64,000 nucleotides of DNA, taken from contig CBDDEL010000017.1 of NCBI GenBank assembly GCA_965226885.1, positions 480,001 through 544,000 of the forward strand, read 5' to 3'. This stretch comes from Opitutales bacterium (GTDB lineage Bacteria; Verrucomicrobiota; Verrucomicrobiia; Opitutales; UBA2987). The translations under genes were made by a program, and so were the position numbers. Below, in pieces: positions 33,714-45,274 of this stretch; positions within the stretch are counted from its first letter, which is position 1; every line of letters begins with the position of its first letter. The notes under the pieces are model-generated. The model had not been told where the DNA came from and ran no database searches. It saw only the letters and a program-made list of their open reading frames with translations.

Positions 33714-35354
33714 ATGAAAATCGGCCTGGCCCAGATAAACACCATCGTCGGCGATCTGCCCGGGAACCGGCGCAAGATAATCGATGCCTACCGCCAACTC
33801 TGCGAGAAAGGAGCGGAGCTGGTTGTGTTCCCCGAGCTGGCCGTCTGCGGCTATCCCCCCAGGGACCTGCTGAGCAAGAGCCGTTTCGTCCCCGACAACG
33901 AAGCCTCGTTACAGGAAATTGCGGCCCAGTGCGGGCAGACGCCCCTCCTGGCAGGATTCGTCGAGCAAAATCACTCCGGCAAAGGCAGAGACTACTACAA
34001 CGCCGCCGCCTGGTGCGCCGATGGTGCCGTGGTGAAAACTTTTCAAAAATGCCTTTTGCCCACCTATGATGTTTTTGACGAAGTGCGGCATTTTCACGAG
34101 GCCGCCGATCCGCGTTTCATGGAATTTAAAGGATGCCGCATTGGCATCACCATTTGCGAAGACATCTGGACGGCCCAGTTTGTGGACACGCGCCAAAGGT
34201 ATGATTTCGACCCGGTGGAAGCGCTTTCCAGGATGGGGCTCGACTTGCTGGTGAATTTATCGGCCAGCCCCTGGCAATACGATAAAAATGCTTTCCGTCA
34301 AAATTTGGTCGTCAGCGCAGCCGAACGCTGCCGCTGCCCTGTCGTTTTCTGCAACGCGGTGGGGGGAAACGACGAACTCATTTTCGACGGGCACAGCATG
34401 GCCGTGAACGCCGAGGGTAAAGTGTTTGCCGGGCTGTCCGGCTTCCAGGAAGAAAACCTCGTAGTCGATACCGAATCCGGCCAGGAGTACATTTCCCCCA
34501 CTTTTCAACAGGAACCGATGGCCGATATACACGACGCCCTCGTCCTCGGCTTGAGGGATTACGCTCACAAATGTGGATTTCGAAAAGCCCTCCTCGGTTT
34601 AAGCGGGGGCATCGATTCGGCCGTCACAGCGGCACTGGCGGCGGACGCCCTGGGTCCAGAGAATGTCATCGGTATCAGCCTCCCCTCCTCCATTTCCAGC
34701 CGGCACAGCCGGGATGACGCCGCCGCCCTGGCCGCCAACCTGGGCATCGAATACCAAACGCTCCCCATCGCGGAACTGGTCTCGGCGGCCGATAAAACCC
34801 TCTCGTCGATTTTCGAGGGCCGCTCCGCGGACGTAACGGAGGAGAATGTGCAGGCCCGCAGCCGAGGCCTCCTGCTCATGGCGGTTTCCAACAAATTCGG
34901 GGCCCTCCTCCTATCCACCGGCAACAAAAGTGAATTGGCGGTAGGCTACTGCACGCTCTACGGGGACATGTGCGGCGGGTTGGCCGTGATTTCAGACCTG
35001 CCCAAGATCAAAGTTTACGAACTGGCCCGGTGGATGAATCGCAACGGCGAGATCATCCCCGTGAACACCATCGAAAAAGCGCCTTCGGCAGAACTGCGCC
35101 CCGACCAAAAAGACGAGGACTCACTGCCACCCTACGATATCCTGGACGCCATCCTGGCCCTTTATGTGGAGGAGGGAAAATCCTCACAAGAAATCACCGA
35201 AGCCGGTTTTGACCCTGAAGTTGTCCGGGACATCATCCGCAAGGTCGATCTCAACGAATACAAACGCCAACAGGCCGCCCCTGGATTGAAAATCACACCC
35301 TTGGCCTTCGGGGTAGGAAGGCGCATTCCCATCGTGCAAAAATACATCGGCTAA
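33714..35354 (+). CDS. nadE: glutamine-dependent NAD+ synthetase
   Basis: Nitrilase domain (FPEL, K.LLP.YDVFDE, ICED) plus LGLSGGIDS and TGNKSE. Confidence 0.97.
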   Translation: MKIGLAQINTIVGDLPGNRRKIIDAYRQLCEKGAELVVFPELAVCGYPPRDLLSKSRFVPDNEASLQEIAAQCGQTPLLAGFVEQNHSGKGRDYYNAAAWCADGAVVKTFQKCLLPTYDVFDEVRHFHEAADPRFMEFKGCRIGITICEDIWTAQFVDTRQRYDFDPVEALSRMGLDLLVNLSASPWQYDKNAFRQNLVVSAAERCRCPVVFCNAVGGNDELIFDGHSMAVNAEGKVFAGLSGFQEENLVVDTESGQEYISPTFQQEPMADIHDALVLGLRDYAHKCGFRKALLGLSGGIDSAVTAALAADALGPENVIGISLPSSISSRHSRDDAAALAANLGIEYQTLPIAELVSAADKTLSSIFEGRSADVTEENVQARSRGLLLMAVSNKFGALLLSTGNKSELAVGYCTLYGDMCGGLAVISDLPKIKVYELARWMNRNGEIIPVNTIEKAPSAELRPDQKDEDSLPPYDILDAILALYVEEGKSSQEITEAGFDPEVVRDIIRKVDLNEYKRQQAAPGLKITPLAFGVGRRIPIVQKYIG

Positions 35355-35390
35355 ATGGGATGTAGCATCCATTCGAGCAATATTGAATTT

Positions 35391-36677
35391 ATGATGAAAT
35401 CCACGATTTCAGAAAATCTGTTTGCTAAGGCGAAGGAACTGATGCCGGGCGGGGTTAATTCCCCGGTGCGCGCATTCCGTTCCGTCAATGGGTCTCCTTT
35501 TTTTACGGAACGGGCGGACGGGGCCACTTTAACTACCGCCGACGGCGAGACATTGATCGATTACGTTTGCACCTGGGGCCCGGCCATTCATGGGCACAAC
35601 CATCCGGCCATTCGCGCCGCCCTGGCCGACGCCCTGGAAAAAGGCACCAGTTTCGGCACCCCCAACCCCTACGAAGTGGAAATGGCGGAACGCATCCACG
35701 AGATGGTCCCCTCGGTGCAAAAAGTGCGCATGGTCAACAGCGGGACCGAGGCCACCATGTCTTGCATACGGCTGGCCCGGGGATACACGGGACGGGATAA
35801 AATCATCAAATTCGCCGGCTGTTACCACGGGCATGTCGATTCCCTTTTGGTCAAAGCCGGTTCGGGGGCACTGACATTCGGGCATCCCGACAGCGCCGGG
35901 ATTCCCACCGGTTTTGCTCGTGAAACCATCGTTTTGCCATTCAACGATGAGGCGGCCCTGGAGGAAACCTTTAAAACTCGAGGCGGTGAAATAGCGAGCC
36001 TCATAGTGGAACCCTATCCGGCCAACAACTGCCTCATCCTGCCCAACGAAGGGTATTTACAAAAACTAAGAGACGTTTGCACAAGGCACGGCAGCGTGCT
36101 CATATTCGATGAGGTGATGACCGGGTTTCGGGTCGCCCCAGGCGGGGTTCAGGAAAAAGAAGGCATCGTGCCCGACTTGACCGCACTGGGCAAAATCATT
36201 GGCGGTGGTCTGCCCGTGGGAGCGTTCGGCGGCAAAGCCGAAATTATGGATTGCCTGGCTCCCGACGGACCCGTTTACCAAGCAGGCACTTTAAGCGGCA
36301 ACCCGTTGGCCATGACCGCCGGAATTACCGCATTAAAGCTGTTGAAAAAAGAAAATCCCTATCAAAAGCTGGACCGGATGGGTAAAAGCCTGGGCCGGGC
36401 TTTGCTCAATGCGGCCGAGGCAAAGGGCATTGCGTTACAGTTTCCACAAACCGGCTCTATGTTCTCGCCCATATTTTCGGAAGAACCGGTGACCAATTTC
36501 GAGCAAGCCCTCAAGGTGGATGCCGCTAAATTCGGGAAACTCTTTCACTACGCGCTGGAACACGGGATCTACCTGCCGCCGTCGGCATACGAAACCTGCT
36601 TCATCAGCACCGCCCATACCGATCTCGACCTCGAAAAAACCGCCGACGTTCTGTCCGCTGGCCTGAAAAGCTTCTGA
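35391..36677 (+). CDS. hemL: glutamate-1-semialdehyde 2,1-aminomutase
   Basis: [47 protein letters not shown]. Confidence 0.98.
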   Translation: MMKSTISENLFAKAKELMPGGVNSPVRAFRSVNGSPFFTERADGATLTTADGETLIDYVCTWGPAIHGHNHPAIRAALADALEKGTSFGTPNPYEVEMAERIHEMVPSVQKVRMVNSGTEATMSCIRLARGYTGRDKIIKFAGCYHGHVDSLLVKAGSGALTFGHPDSAGIPTGFARETIVLPFNDEAALEETFKTRGGEIASLIVEPYPANNCLILPNEGYLQKLRDVCTRHGSVLIFDEVMTGFRVAPGGVQEKEGIVPDLTALGKIIGGGLPVGAFGGKAEIMDCLAPDGPVYQAGTLSGNPLAMTAGITALKLLKKENPYQKLDRMGKSLGRALLNAAEAKGIALQFPQTGSMFSPIFSEEPVTNFEQALKVDAAKFGKLFHYALEHGIYLPPSAYETCFISTAHTDLDLEKTADVLSAGLKSF

Positions 36678-36702
36678 CAACCTCTGCCGATCATAGGATG
36701 AC

Positions 36703-37431
36703 GTGAACTGGCTGCCTCCACCGGAGAATATTTGCGCAACCGAAAATACGGTCGATGTTTGGCGCCTGCCACTTCTCCCCGACAGCGAAAATTTGCGCGA
36801 TTGCTATACCTGGCTCTCCCCCGATGAAAAAGTAAGGTCCGGGCGGTTTATCAGAGAAATACACAGCCAGCGGTTTATTCTGGGCCGCGGCGGTTTGCGC
36901 AATATTCTCTCTCGCTACGAGCAGACCCATCCCTCCAGAATCAAGTTCCACTATAACCCTCAGGGCAAGCCAGAGTTGGCCTGCAATGAGAGCTTGCGCT
37001 TCAATCTCTCACACTCCAAGGACCTCGCCCTGGCCGCCGTTACGGCAAACAAGTTGGTCGGGATCGATGTCGAATATATGCGCGGAAATGTGGATTACCT
37101 CGGACTGTCCGATCGTTTTTTTGCCCAAAATGAGGCCGAGGCCCTGAAAAAAATGCCAGCCTCATTGCAAAAAGAATCCTTTTTCCGCATCTGGACACGC
37201 AAGGAGGCTTACATTAAAGCGCATGGCAAGGGTCTATCCCTCCCTCTGGATCAATTCGAGGTTTCAACCGCAAAGGATGATCCGCCGCGACTGCTTTCCA
37301 CCCGGCACGACCCAAAGGATAAGGACCGATGGAGTTTTTTTGAAATCGAGACCTGGGAAAACTACACCGGCACACTGGTTTGGGAGAGCCCCGGAGGTGA
37401 CATCCGATATTGGGAAGACCCCTGGGATTAA
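36703..37431 (+). CDS. Sfp-type 4'-phosphopantetheinyl transferase
   Basis: GKP, FNLSHS, VGIDVE, WTRKEAYIKA.GKGL. Confidence 0.95.
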   Translation: MNWLPPPENICATENTVDVWRLPLLPDSENLRDCYTWLSPDEKVRSGRFIREIHSQRFILGRGGLRNILSRYEQTHPSRIKFHYNPQGKPELACNESLRFNLSHSKDLALAAVTANKLVGIDVEYMRGNVDYLGLSDRFFAQNEAEALKKMPASLQKESFFRIWTRKEAYIKAHGKGLSLPLDQFEVSTAKDDPPRLLSTRHDPKDKDRWSFFEIETWENYTGTLVWESPGGDIRYWEDPWD

Positions 37432-37445
37432 AAGAGTTGGGGAAA

Positions 37446-37862
37446 TTACATTCTGAATTCCCGCATCTGCCTCTGCACATCGGGAGTGAAATAGGTGCCG
37501 CCCTCAATGATGGTTTCCACCGCCTTCTTCAATTGGTCCAGCCCGCATGATTTTTCAACAAACCCATCCGCTTTGCCATGCAGCGCAATGCGGTTGGATT
37601 CTGGATTAACCGTGGCCGTGAATATAAGCACCTTGATGTCGGGGATCTTGTTCTTCAATATATGAAGAATCTCCAATCCGTTGATTTCGGGCAGCCGAAT
37701 GTCGATGATGGCAAGCTCGGGTTTTAATTCGAGGCATTCACGCAAAGCCTCTTTGCCATTGCCGCTATAACCGATAACTTCGATTTCGGGCATGGTGGCC
37801 TTAAAAAACTCCACACATAGATCCCGTAAAACAACCTCGTCCTCGATAAAGTAAACTTTCAT
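37446..37862 (-). CDS. single-domain response regulator (NarL-like REC, no HTH)
   Basis: IEDE, IDIRLPEINGL, FT, GFVEK. Confidence 0.9.
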   Translation of the reverse strand: MKVYFIEDEVVLRDLCVEFFKATMPEIEVIGYSGNGKEALRECLELKPELAIIDIRLPEINGLEILHILKNKIPDIKVLIFTATVNPESNRIALHGKADGFVEKSCGLDQLKKAVETIIEGGTYFTPDVQRQMREFRM

Positions 37863-37953
37863 TAATCAATCCCTGTTCAAAAATAATTTACAACCGTCAG
37901 CAGGCTGTCAACGGAACATATTGCCACGCCCTCTTAATCGCCTGTCGTCTTCA

Positions 37954-38400
37954 TCAGGCTGGAGCCGCGGCAAGCGAATCGGAAGCATTGTAAATCTTCA
38001 CCTGCCTGAGTACGTTGGGACTGAAATACTTTTCTCCCGAAAAAATAGAACACAAGGCTGTCTTCAATTGTTCCAACCCGCCCGCTTTTTCTATAAATCC
38101 GTCAGCACCCCCACGGACGGCTTCGTTGATGGTATCCGGGCAAACGGAACCGGTCAGGAACCCGACTTTGGCAGCCGGGTTCTGCTCTTTGATTATTTTG
38201 AGCAGTTCCAGTCCGCTGATTTCGGGCAGCATGATGTCCAGCAAAACAAGATCGGGCTGCAGGTCTCGGCAATCCCGCAAGACCCGGCAGCCATCTTCAG
38301 CCATTCCCACCAGCTCGAACTCCGGTAGAGCCAGAGCAAAATAATCGCTGTACAAATCGCGCAAGACGGATTCGGCCTCAACAATATAGACCTTATTCAT
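37954..38400 (-). CDS. single-domain response regulator (paralog of its neighbour)
   Basis: VEAE, LDIMLPEISGL, LT, GFIEK. Confidence 0.9.
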   Translation of the reverse strand: MNKVYIVEAESVLRDLYSDYFALALPEFELVGMAEDGCRVLRDCRDLQPDLVLLDIMLPEISGLELLKIIKEQNPAAKVGFLTGSVCPDTINEAVRGGADGFIEKAGGLEQLKTALCSIFSGEKYFSPNVLRQVKIYNASDSLAAAPA

Positions 38401-38514
38401 CACGATAAACCGGAAACAACTCCGTAATGAAAAAGTCGGCCCGTTTTTTCGCTTCTTTACCGGGATTTCATATTTTCCAAGGGATTAAGCGATCCGGGAG
38501 GTCCCTTGGCCCTT

Positions 38515-39839
38515 TGATGTGCACTGGAAAAAGTGGACACGAGATTCTCCTAAATGGAGAATCGAAGCATGGGAAGAAGACGCAGTATAGAGTTCAAAAA
38601 TGAGGCAGTTCAACTGATGATACTCGATGGTCTGAGCGCCACCGAGGTATCGACCAAACTTGGGGTCAACACCAACCAATTGTATAGGTGGAAGAGGCTC
38701 TATCTGGACGATCAGCAGGGCGAAGCCACCTCAAAGCGACAGAGCAGTCCGAAGGAGATGGCGGCCGAGATAGATCGTCTTCGCAAAGAGCTGCGCCGCT
38801 CGGAGCGGATCAACCAGATACTAAAAAAAACGGTGGGCTACTTTGCCAAGGACGAACAATGAAGTACCAGTTTGTCAAAGACAACGAGGGGCGCTTCAAG
38901 ATCGAGGAAATATGCTCGGCGATGGGGATTTGTCGCAGTGGCTATTACTGCTGGAGGCACCGAGCGCCCTCGGCCCGGCGGATCGAGGACGAGGGAATCA
39001 AGGGGGCGATCCTGAAGGTACACAAAGAGGCCAAGGGCCGCTATGGGCATCGGCCAATGCACCGCCATCTGAAGGATGATGAGGGCATCGATTGCGGCCG
39101 TGACCGGGCTCTGCGTCTGATGCGTGAAATGGGAATCAAAAGCACCCAGAGTAAACGCTTTAAGCCATTAAAAACCAACAGTAACCATCCCTATGGTTAC
39201 AGCCCCAATGTGCTTAAAAAGCATGGCCAGCCGACCCATATCGACGAGGTCTGGGTGGCGGACACGACCTACCTACGGACCCTGGCCGGTTGGATGTACT
39301 TGGCCACGGTGATGGACCTGTTCAGCCGACGCCTGCTGGGCTGGAGCGTTTCCAACCACAACGACGCGAAGCTGGTTGGCAAGGCCCTCAAAGCCGCGGC
39401 CATGACCCGCGGCACACTGCGCACCGGGATTATTCATCACAGCGATCGGGGCAGCCCCTACGCCAGCGACGACTATCAGAGGCTGGTCTCTGAACTAGGC
39501 ATGAAGCCGAGCATGAGCGCCCAAGGCAACTGCTACGACAACGCGGCCATGGAATCGTTCTACGGCCGCTTCAAGACCAGCACGATTCGAGGCCGCCACT
39601 TTGCCGACGAGCGCGAACTGCGATCAACTGTCTTCGAATACGTGGAAATCTTCTACAACCGATATCGCAAACATTCCTCTCTGAGTTACCAAAGCCCAGT
39701 CCAATTCGAGGAAAATATTTGCCCCCCATGGGGGGCAACGAGAAAACAAAACCCTTTACCAAAACAAGCCGCCTGACACACTAATCAATAAACAATGAAT
39801 ATAAGAGAATCCCGTGTCCAACAAATCCAGTACACGTCA
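38515..39839 (+). mobile_element. IS3-family element copy 5
   Basis: 1325 bp (3-bp deletion variant), TSD CCTT. Confidence 0.96.
38569..39776 (+). CDS. IS3 transposase OrfA/OrfB
   Basis: orfA 38569-38862, orfB 38859-39776. Confidence 0.9.
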
Positions 39840-39907
39840 CCTTGGCCTTTGACGAACTGGAATCTGCCATCAATCAGGAAACGGGGGGAACAGGCCCTTG
39901 AACCAAA

Positions 39908-40983
39908 CTAGGAGCGGCCGTCCGCTTCCTGCAAGGATTCGAGAGTCGAAAGATAGGTCGTCATAACCCCCTTGCCTTTTACCTCGATAATCCCTCTGGG
40001 CATAAAGCCGTTCTGGCCCGGTAGACGTTTTAAGGTTTCTTCCGCTACCTGGATGTTGCCGGGTAGGCCGAGAGACTCCATGCGGCTTGCCAAATTAACG
40101 GTTTCGCCCCATAAATCGTAAGCAAATCTGGTCTGGCCGATGACCCCCGCCACGACAGGGCCAGAATGCATGCCGATACGTAGTTTCAGGCTCATATTAT
40201 GATCCTCATTGAACTGGTTCATATAGCGGAGGCAGGCATAAGCAAATTCGAGGCAGTTTTTCTCATGATTTTCAACATTTGGCGCAATGCCCACCACCAC
40301 CATGTAGGAGTCGCCGATGGTCTTGATTTTTTCCAATTGAAAATCGACCACCATTTTATCGAAGGCGCTGAATATGTGGTTGAGTAGGTAAAGCAGGGTA
40401 TCGGGGCTGATTTGGGAAGATAATTTCGTAAACCCGACCAGGTCGGCGAAAAGGACGGTGGCGTCTGCTATATCTTCCGCGATGTTGTCCTCTCCTTTTT
40501 TCAATCTTTCGGCAATGCTCCGGGGCAATACGTTATATAGAACCGTTTCCGATTTTCTTTTTTCTCTCTCTACCTGCTGAAAGAGGCGTCTTTCCTGGTC
40601 CCGCAGGTATTTGCGTTCAAGGCTGGCTCCCACACGGGCCCGCAGGAGCGTTTCCTCCACCGGTTTGGTCAGATAATCCTCGGCCCCGCTCTCGATACAA
40701 CGAATGACGCTGTCCAACTGGTCCAAAGCGGTAACCATTATGACCGGTATGATGCGAAGGTTCTCTTTGACCTGCATATATTCGAGGACTTCATAACCGT
40801 TCATAACCGGCATATTGATGTCCAGCAGCACCAAGTCTATATGCCTGTGGTCTTCGATCAATTGGATGGGATGGCTTTTTTCCCATCCATGGCCGTATGC
40901 AGGCTCTCGTAGCCGTGATCTTCGAGCAGAGCCAAGACCAGATCCAGATTATCCTCATGATCGTCCACCACGAGGATATTCAT
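39908..40983 (-). pseudogene. REC + class III adenylate/guanylate cyclase, frameshifted
   Basis: MNILVVDDHEDN start at 40983; 5-bp duplication at 40865-40874; LFADLVGFT, KTIGDSYM, YDLWGETVNLASRMES. Confidence 0.9.
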
Positions 40984-41120
40984 TTTATGGAGATTTTCCT
41001 GTAGCTCTTTTTCCAATCATTTTCCCCCTGTTGACAAAGTTCAATTCATGAACTTGAAATTATCTTTATAGCGTTTGATGTCAAAAATCGTAGTCGAAGG
41101 AAAGAAGAAATGGCGGAACT

Positions 41121-43673
41121 TCAATCGATTACCGGTTCGTTAAACATTTCTTCCCCTTTCACCATGATTTTTTCCGCCCGCGATTCAAGCCATTTGCGCT
41201 CTGCCATGGACAGGCTCTTGGCCGTAATCACAATGACCGGGATTTCGGCAAATTTATCCATACTCCGAAATTCCTGCAGAAAAGTTAATCCATCCATGAC
41301 CGGCATCATGAGGTCCAGAAACACCACATCAGGGGTAAAGGTTTTTAGAACCTCGAGGGCTTCCTTGCCGTTGCCGGCGGTCTGGATTTCATTTAGGTTG
41401 TCATCCAGCCAAAGTCTCATCAGTTCCTGGTACTCGACCAAATCGTCCACGATGAGAATTTTCCGGTTGGCGATTTTATCCGCATTGAGGGTCCGGCGGA
41501 TGCAGGCCAGGAAATCTTTTTGCACAACCGGTTTGGGCAGCGCATCGACCGCCCCGAAGGTGACCGCTTTCTGCCGATCGGCCACCATGCTGACGATGAC
41601 CACCGGCACATCGGCCGTTTCCGGGTCGGCTTTCAATACGCCGAGGACTTCCCAGCCGTTGCTTTCGGGCATCATAATGTCCAATGTGATCAAATCGGGT
41701 TTGTGCTCTTTAACCAAGGCCGGCACTTTGAGGGGCTCGCCGCACTCAATCGCAACAGCGCCAAGGTCTTTTACATACTGCACGATAAACTCTCTGGCGT
41801 CGGGATCGTCGTCCACCACCAGGATGCGCTTTCCTGGGGCAATGGGCAAAATTTTCTTCAAATCATCCCCGGTGCCTGCCTCTTCCACCCGTTTGGCGGT
41901 TACAACCGGAGCCGCCGGGGCAGACGGCTTTTCTTTAACAACCGGTTTTTCCGCTGGTTTCTTTTCCGTTTTTTCGGAGGGGGCGGGCTTGCTTTCGTCC
42001 GCCGGGGCGGAAACTTTAATCAAGGGCAGCTCTACCGTAAAGGTCGCCCCTTTGTTGACTCCTTCGCTCGTCACGGTCAAAGTTCCGCCCAGCAGTTCGA
42101 TAATGGAGCGGGAAATGGTCAGGCCCAAACCGGTGCCCCCAAAATCACGCGAGGTGCTGCTATCCTGCTGGCTGAAGGCACGGAAAATCAGCTCCATGCT
42201 GTCGGCCCTTATACCGACGCCGGTATCGATCACCTGCAACCGGATTTTTTTCTTCCTTCCATCCAAAAGAGCCGCCTTTAATCGCACCGAGCCTTCCTTC
42301 GTGAATTTAATGGCGTTGCCCACCAGATTGATGATCACCTGTTTCAATTTATAACCATCGGTCTGCGTCCGCAGGGAATCCTCCGAACATTCATAAACCA
42401 GATTCACTTGCTTGGCGTCGGCCTGGGGCTGGAGCATTTCCACCACATCGCGCAAAAACGGAATCAGGTCGGTGTCTTCATTGATGATGTCCATGCGACC
42501 CGATTCGATTTTGGATAGATCGAGAATATCATTGATCAAACTGAGCAAATGTTTGCCGTTGCGATTGATTTTCTCCACCCGGCTCAGTTCGCCCTCACCC
42601 AATATCCCTTTGCGGTTTTTCAGCAATATGCCCGAAAACCCGATAATCGAATTGAGCGGTGTGCGCAATTCATGGCTCATATTGGCAACGAATTCGCTCT
42701 TGTGCTTGTGGGCGGCCAACAATTCCTGGTTGGCTTCCTCCAAAAGAATGGACTGTTTTTGCACCGACCGGTAGGTTTCGGCATTGAAGAGGGCGTTGCC
42801 GAGCGCCTCAATTTGGTTGGAAAGTACCTGGCGGGTGTTGGGATCGACCCGGCTGATTCCCGCCAGTATAATAACTCCCAATAATTTCTGCTGAAATTGT
42901 ATCGGAATGCCGTAGAAATTTCTGATCTTCGCTTTGGTGAAACCGAGATTGAGGTCGGGCAAAGCCTCCTCATCAATATCTTCCAGGGTGATCCATTTCT
43001 TGCGGCGCATAATTTCGCCGGGCAGTCCCTCCATGGCATTGGCGTCGGTGCCGGTGAAGTTTCTGAGAAAAGATTGGTCCAGACCCCGCTGGCTGATGGT
43101 ATGAAATTCACCTTTCTGCTTGTTGAAAAGGTAGAAAATGCCCACCTGGCAATTGGAAATTTCGATCGCCGAATCGAGGGTCGCATTGGCAATGACATTG
43201 ATTTCAATCGAGGATATACGGGACAAAAAATCGCCTAATTTTTTCCGTATCCACACACTGGCGGACAGTTCCCTGTTCTGTTCTTCCAGGTCCGCCTGCG
43301 ATTCCTCCAGCTTTCCCCGAGATTCTTCCAGTTCCATGATGATAGCGCCGCTTTTGGCCGCCATCAGGTTGGTGGCGTGCGCAAGCCGGCCGATGTGGTC
43401 GCTGCCCTTGACCATCGATTGAACCGTGTAATCTCCCCGGCCTATGGCATTGGCTACCTTCAAGACCTCCTTCAGCCGCTGGTTGGTGCGGTGGAATTGT
43501 ACCACGATTACAAGCATGGCCGACATAATGAGGGTGCCCACGGCCTGCTGCTGGCTGACAATCTCTGTCGATATGAGGTCAGGACGGATTACAATTATGA
43601 GCAAAAATACCAATATCCCCATGGGTAGAACCCAAAGGGTTAATCGCGGCATCCATTGAACCGGCCCCTTCAA
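41121..43673 (-). CDS. hybrid sensor histidine kinase (TM-HAMP-GAF-HisKA-HATPase-2xREC)
   Basis: [33 protein letters not shown], two receiver domains. Confidence 0.95.
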   Translation of the reverse strand: MKGPVQWMPRLTLWVLPMGILVFLLIIVIRPDLISTEIVSQQQAVGTLIMSAMLVIVVQFHRTNQRLKEVLKVANAIGRGDYTVQSMVKGSDHIGRLAHATNLMAAKSGAIIMELEESRGKLEESQADLEEQNRELSASVWIRKKLGDFLSRISSIEINVIANATLDSAIEISNCQVGIFYLFNKQKGEFHTISQRGLDQSFLRNFTGTDANAMEGLPGEIMRRKKWITLEDIDEEALPDLNLGFTKAKIRNFYGIPIQFQQKLLGVIILAGISRVDPNTRQVLSNQIEALGNALFNAETYRSVQKQSILLEEANQELLAAHKHKSEFVANMSHELRTPLNSIIGFSGILLKNRKGILGEGELSRVEKINRNGKHLLSLINDILDLSKIESGRMDIINEDTDLIPFLRDVVEMLQPQADAKQVNLVYECSEDSLRTQTDGYKLKQVIINLVGNAIKFTKEGSVRLKAALLDGRKKKIRLQVIDTGVGIRADSMELIFRAFSQQDSSTSRDFGGTGLGLTISRSIIELLGGTLTVTSEGVNKGATFTVELPLIKVSAPADESKPAPSEKTEKKPAEKPVVKEKPSAPAAPVVTAKRVEEAGTGDDLKKILPIAPGKRILVVDDDPDAREFIVQYVKDLGAVAIECGEPLKVPALVKEHKPDLITLDIMMPESNGWEVLGVLKADPETADVPVVIVSMVADRQKAVTFGAVDALPKPVVQKDFLACIRRTLNADKIANRKILIVDDLVEYQELMRLWLDDNLNEIQTAGNGKEALEVLKTFTPDVVFLDLMMPVMDGLTFLQEFRSMDKFAEIPVIVITAKSLSMAERKWLESRAEKIMVKGEEMFNEPVID

Positions 43674-43679
43674 AATCTG

Positions 43680-44044
43680 CTATCCGCCTATTACTCTTGA
43701 TATTTCTCCCCTGAGCACATCTTCATCGACAATCGGCTTGCTCACATAGCCATCAAATCCGGATTGAATGAAACGCCTCTTGTCATCCTTCATGGCGTGC
43801 GCGGTGAGGGCAATCATGGGAACATACTGGAAAGTTTGCTCATCCTTTATTTTATTCATAAGGGTGACCCCGTCCATTCCCGGGTGACCCCGTCCATTCC
43901 CGGCAAACTGATGTCCAGAATAAATATATCCGGTTTTTCAATTTCCGGTTTATAAAGATAAGTGAGCAGCTCAACGGCGCTGGAAAACCGTTTGATATCG
44001 TATAGATCAGAGAGCATGTCCACCACCAGGTATATTTTTTTCAT
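43680..44044 (-). pseudogene. single-domain response regulator, frameshifted
   Basis: LDISLPGMDG and ALTAHAM...YVSKPI lie in different frames; 20-bp tandem duplication 43862-43901; N-terminal acidic motif also missing. Confidence 0.88.
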
Positions 44045-44232
44045 AAATCGTTTATCTATTGGATTGAACCCTATGGCCGGAACCGCGGGCCACGCGGAGT
44101 TTTGACCGAACCCATTTTGGCAGGCTCATAAACTTAACAGATGCGCAGTAAAGCGCAGTAAATGAAAAGACTTTTTATCCATTCCATGGAAATCATGGAA
44201 ATGACCCTCCCGCGCCAGCAAAGACCAGCATT

Positions 44233-45237
44233 TCACTCCCCCTCGGACTGGGCAATATATTCGACAAGCAAGCCGCCTACAACGAGTTGCAGAAAATGAT
44301 AACAGATCAGCGGAAGCAGGAAAATCCCCAAATCGATGGAAACCGTTCCGGTCTCGTTACCGGCCTGGGCGACAAAAATGGAACCGGCTATGGGCACTCC
44401 GGCCGCCAGGGACTTTTGGGAACCGCAAAAAAATGCCGCTATCCGGTTCGCCCGGTTAAGCCGGCATAAGCGGGCTCCGTACCATAATACCCCTTTGACC
44501 AATAACAAAAGCAACAGCGAATAACCCATGACCGTAAGAGCGAAACTCAGTCCCCCCTGCTCCCATACCCCGCTCTTGATGGAATCGCAGGAAACCGCAT
44601 AAAAAATAAAATATACGAGTCCCGCGTTAAGCCGCAAAAACAACATTTTTCGCTTCGACGCAAAATTTTTCAGATGCGGGCGCAAGATTTGACCAACCGC
44701 CAATGGCGCCAGCACAAGCATGGCGATTTTTAAAAATTGGGGGACCAGGGGAATATTTTGCACATCTCCCACGGTTATGAGCAATGCCGTCAGCAAGGGG
44801 ACTAAAATTACCGCCAGGACATTAGAAAGGATTGTATTGAAAAGGGCCCCTCCCATATTGCCCCCCGACAAACCGGTAAATATTATGGCCGTTGCAAAGG
44901 TGGATGGAAGGACGGCCAGGAATATGAACCCGAGGCGAAGTTGCTGGCTCATCATCAGGACCCCTATCATGTCCAGAAAAATTACCATCGCCGGCATGAG
45001 AACGTATCCGAACGTCTGGATAGATAAATGCAGCTTCCAGTTCAGAATCTCGGCCCTCAGATTTTCGGTCGGCAGTTGCAATCCTTGAATCAGGAACATC
45101 AGCATGACGGCAAGTTGGATTGTCACTTCAGGGTGGAGCGTTCCCCCTGCGGCTCCGGCTTCCGGAAAAATCATGGCTACGACCAAAATGACCAGAAAAC
45201 CTGCCGCAAATCCGCGGGTGGATACCTTTTTGCTCAT
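44233..45237 (-). CDS. bile acid:sodium symporter (SBF-like) family transporter
   Basis: LAVLPST, GGN...ALFN, FCGSQKSLAAGVP, YHFLQL; many TM segments. Confidence 0.9.
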   Translation of the reverse strand: MSKKVSTRGFAAGFLVILVVAMIFPEAGAAGGTLHPEVTIQLAVMLMFLIQGLQLPTENLRAEILNWKLHLSIQTFGYVLMPAMVIFLDMIGVLMMSQQLRLGFIFLAVLPSTFATAIIFTGLSGGNMGGALFNTILSNVLAVILVPLLTALLITVGDVQNIPLVPQFLKIAMLVLAPLAVGQILRPHLKNFASKRKMLFLRLNAGLVYFIFYAVSCDSIKSGVWEQGGLSFALTVMGYSLLLLLLVKGVLWYGARLCRLNRANRIAAFFCGSQKSLAAGVPIAGSIFVAQAGNETGTVSIDLGIFLLPLICYHFLQLVVGGLLVEYIAQSEGE

Positions 45238-45274
45238 AGCATTATTACGATATTCCCAATCCAACCTCAGACCT

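Noticed and set aside
33654..33797. Overlapping divergent starts of nadE and the TolC gene
   Set aside because: Artefact of longest-ORF calling; likely starts 33714 and 33662 leave a 51-bp gap
41110..42354. 414-aa plus-strand ORF and similar long shadow ORFs over valS, istA, murJ and ffh
   Set aside because: Antisense shadows of well-supported genes in GC-rich DNA
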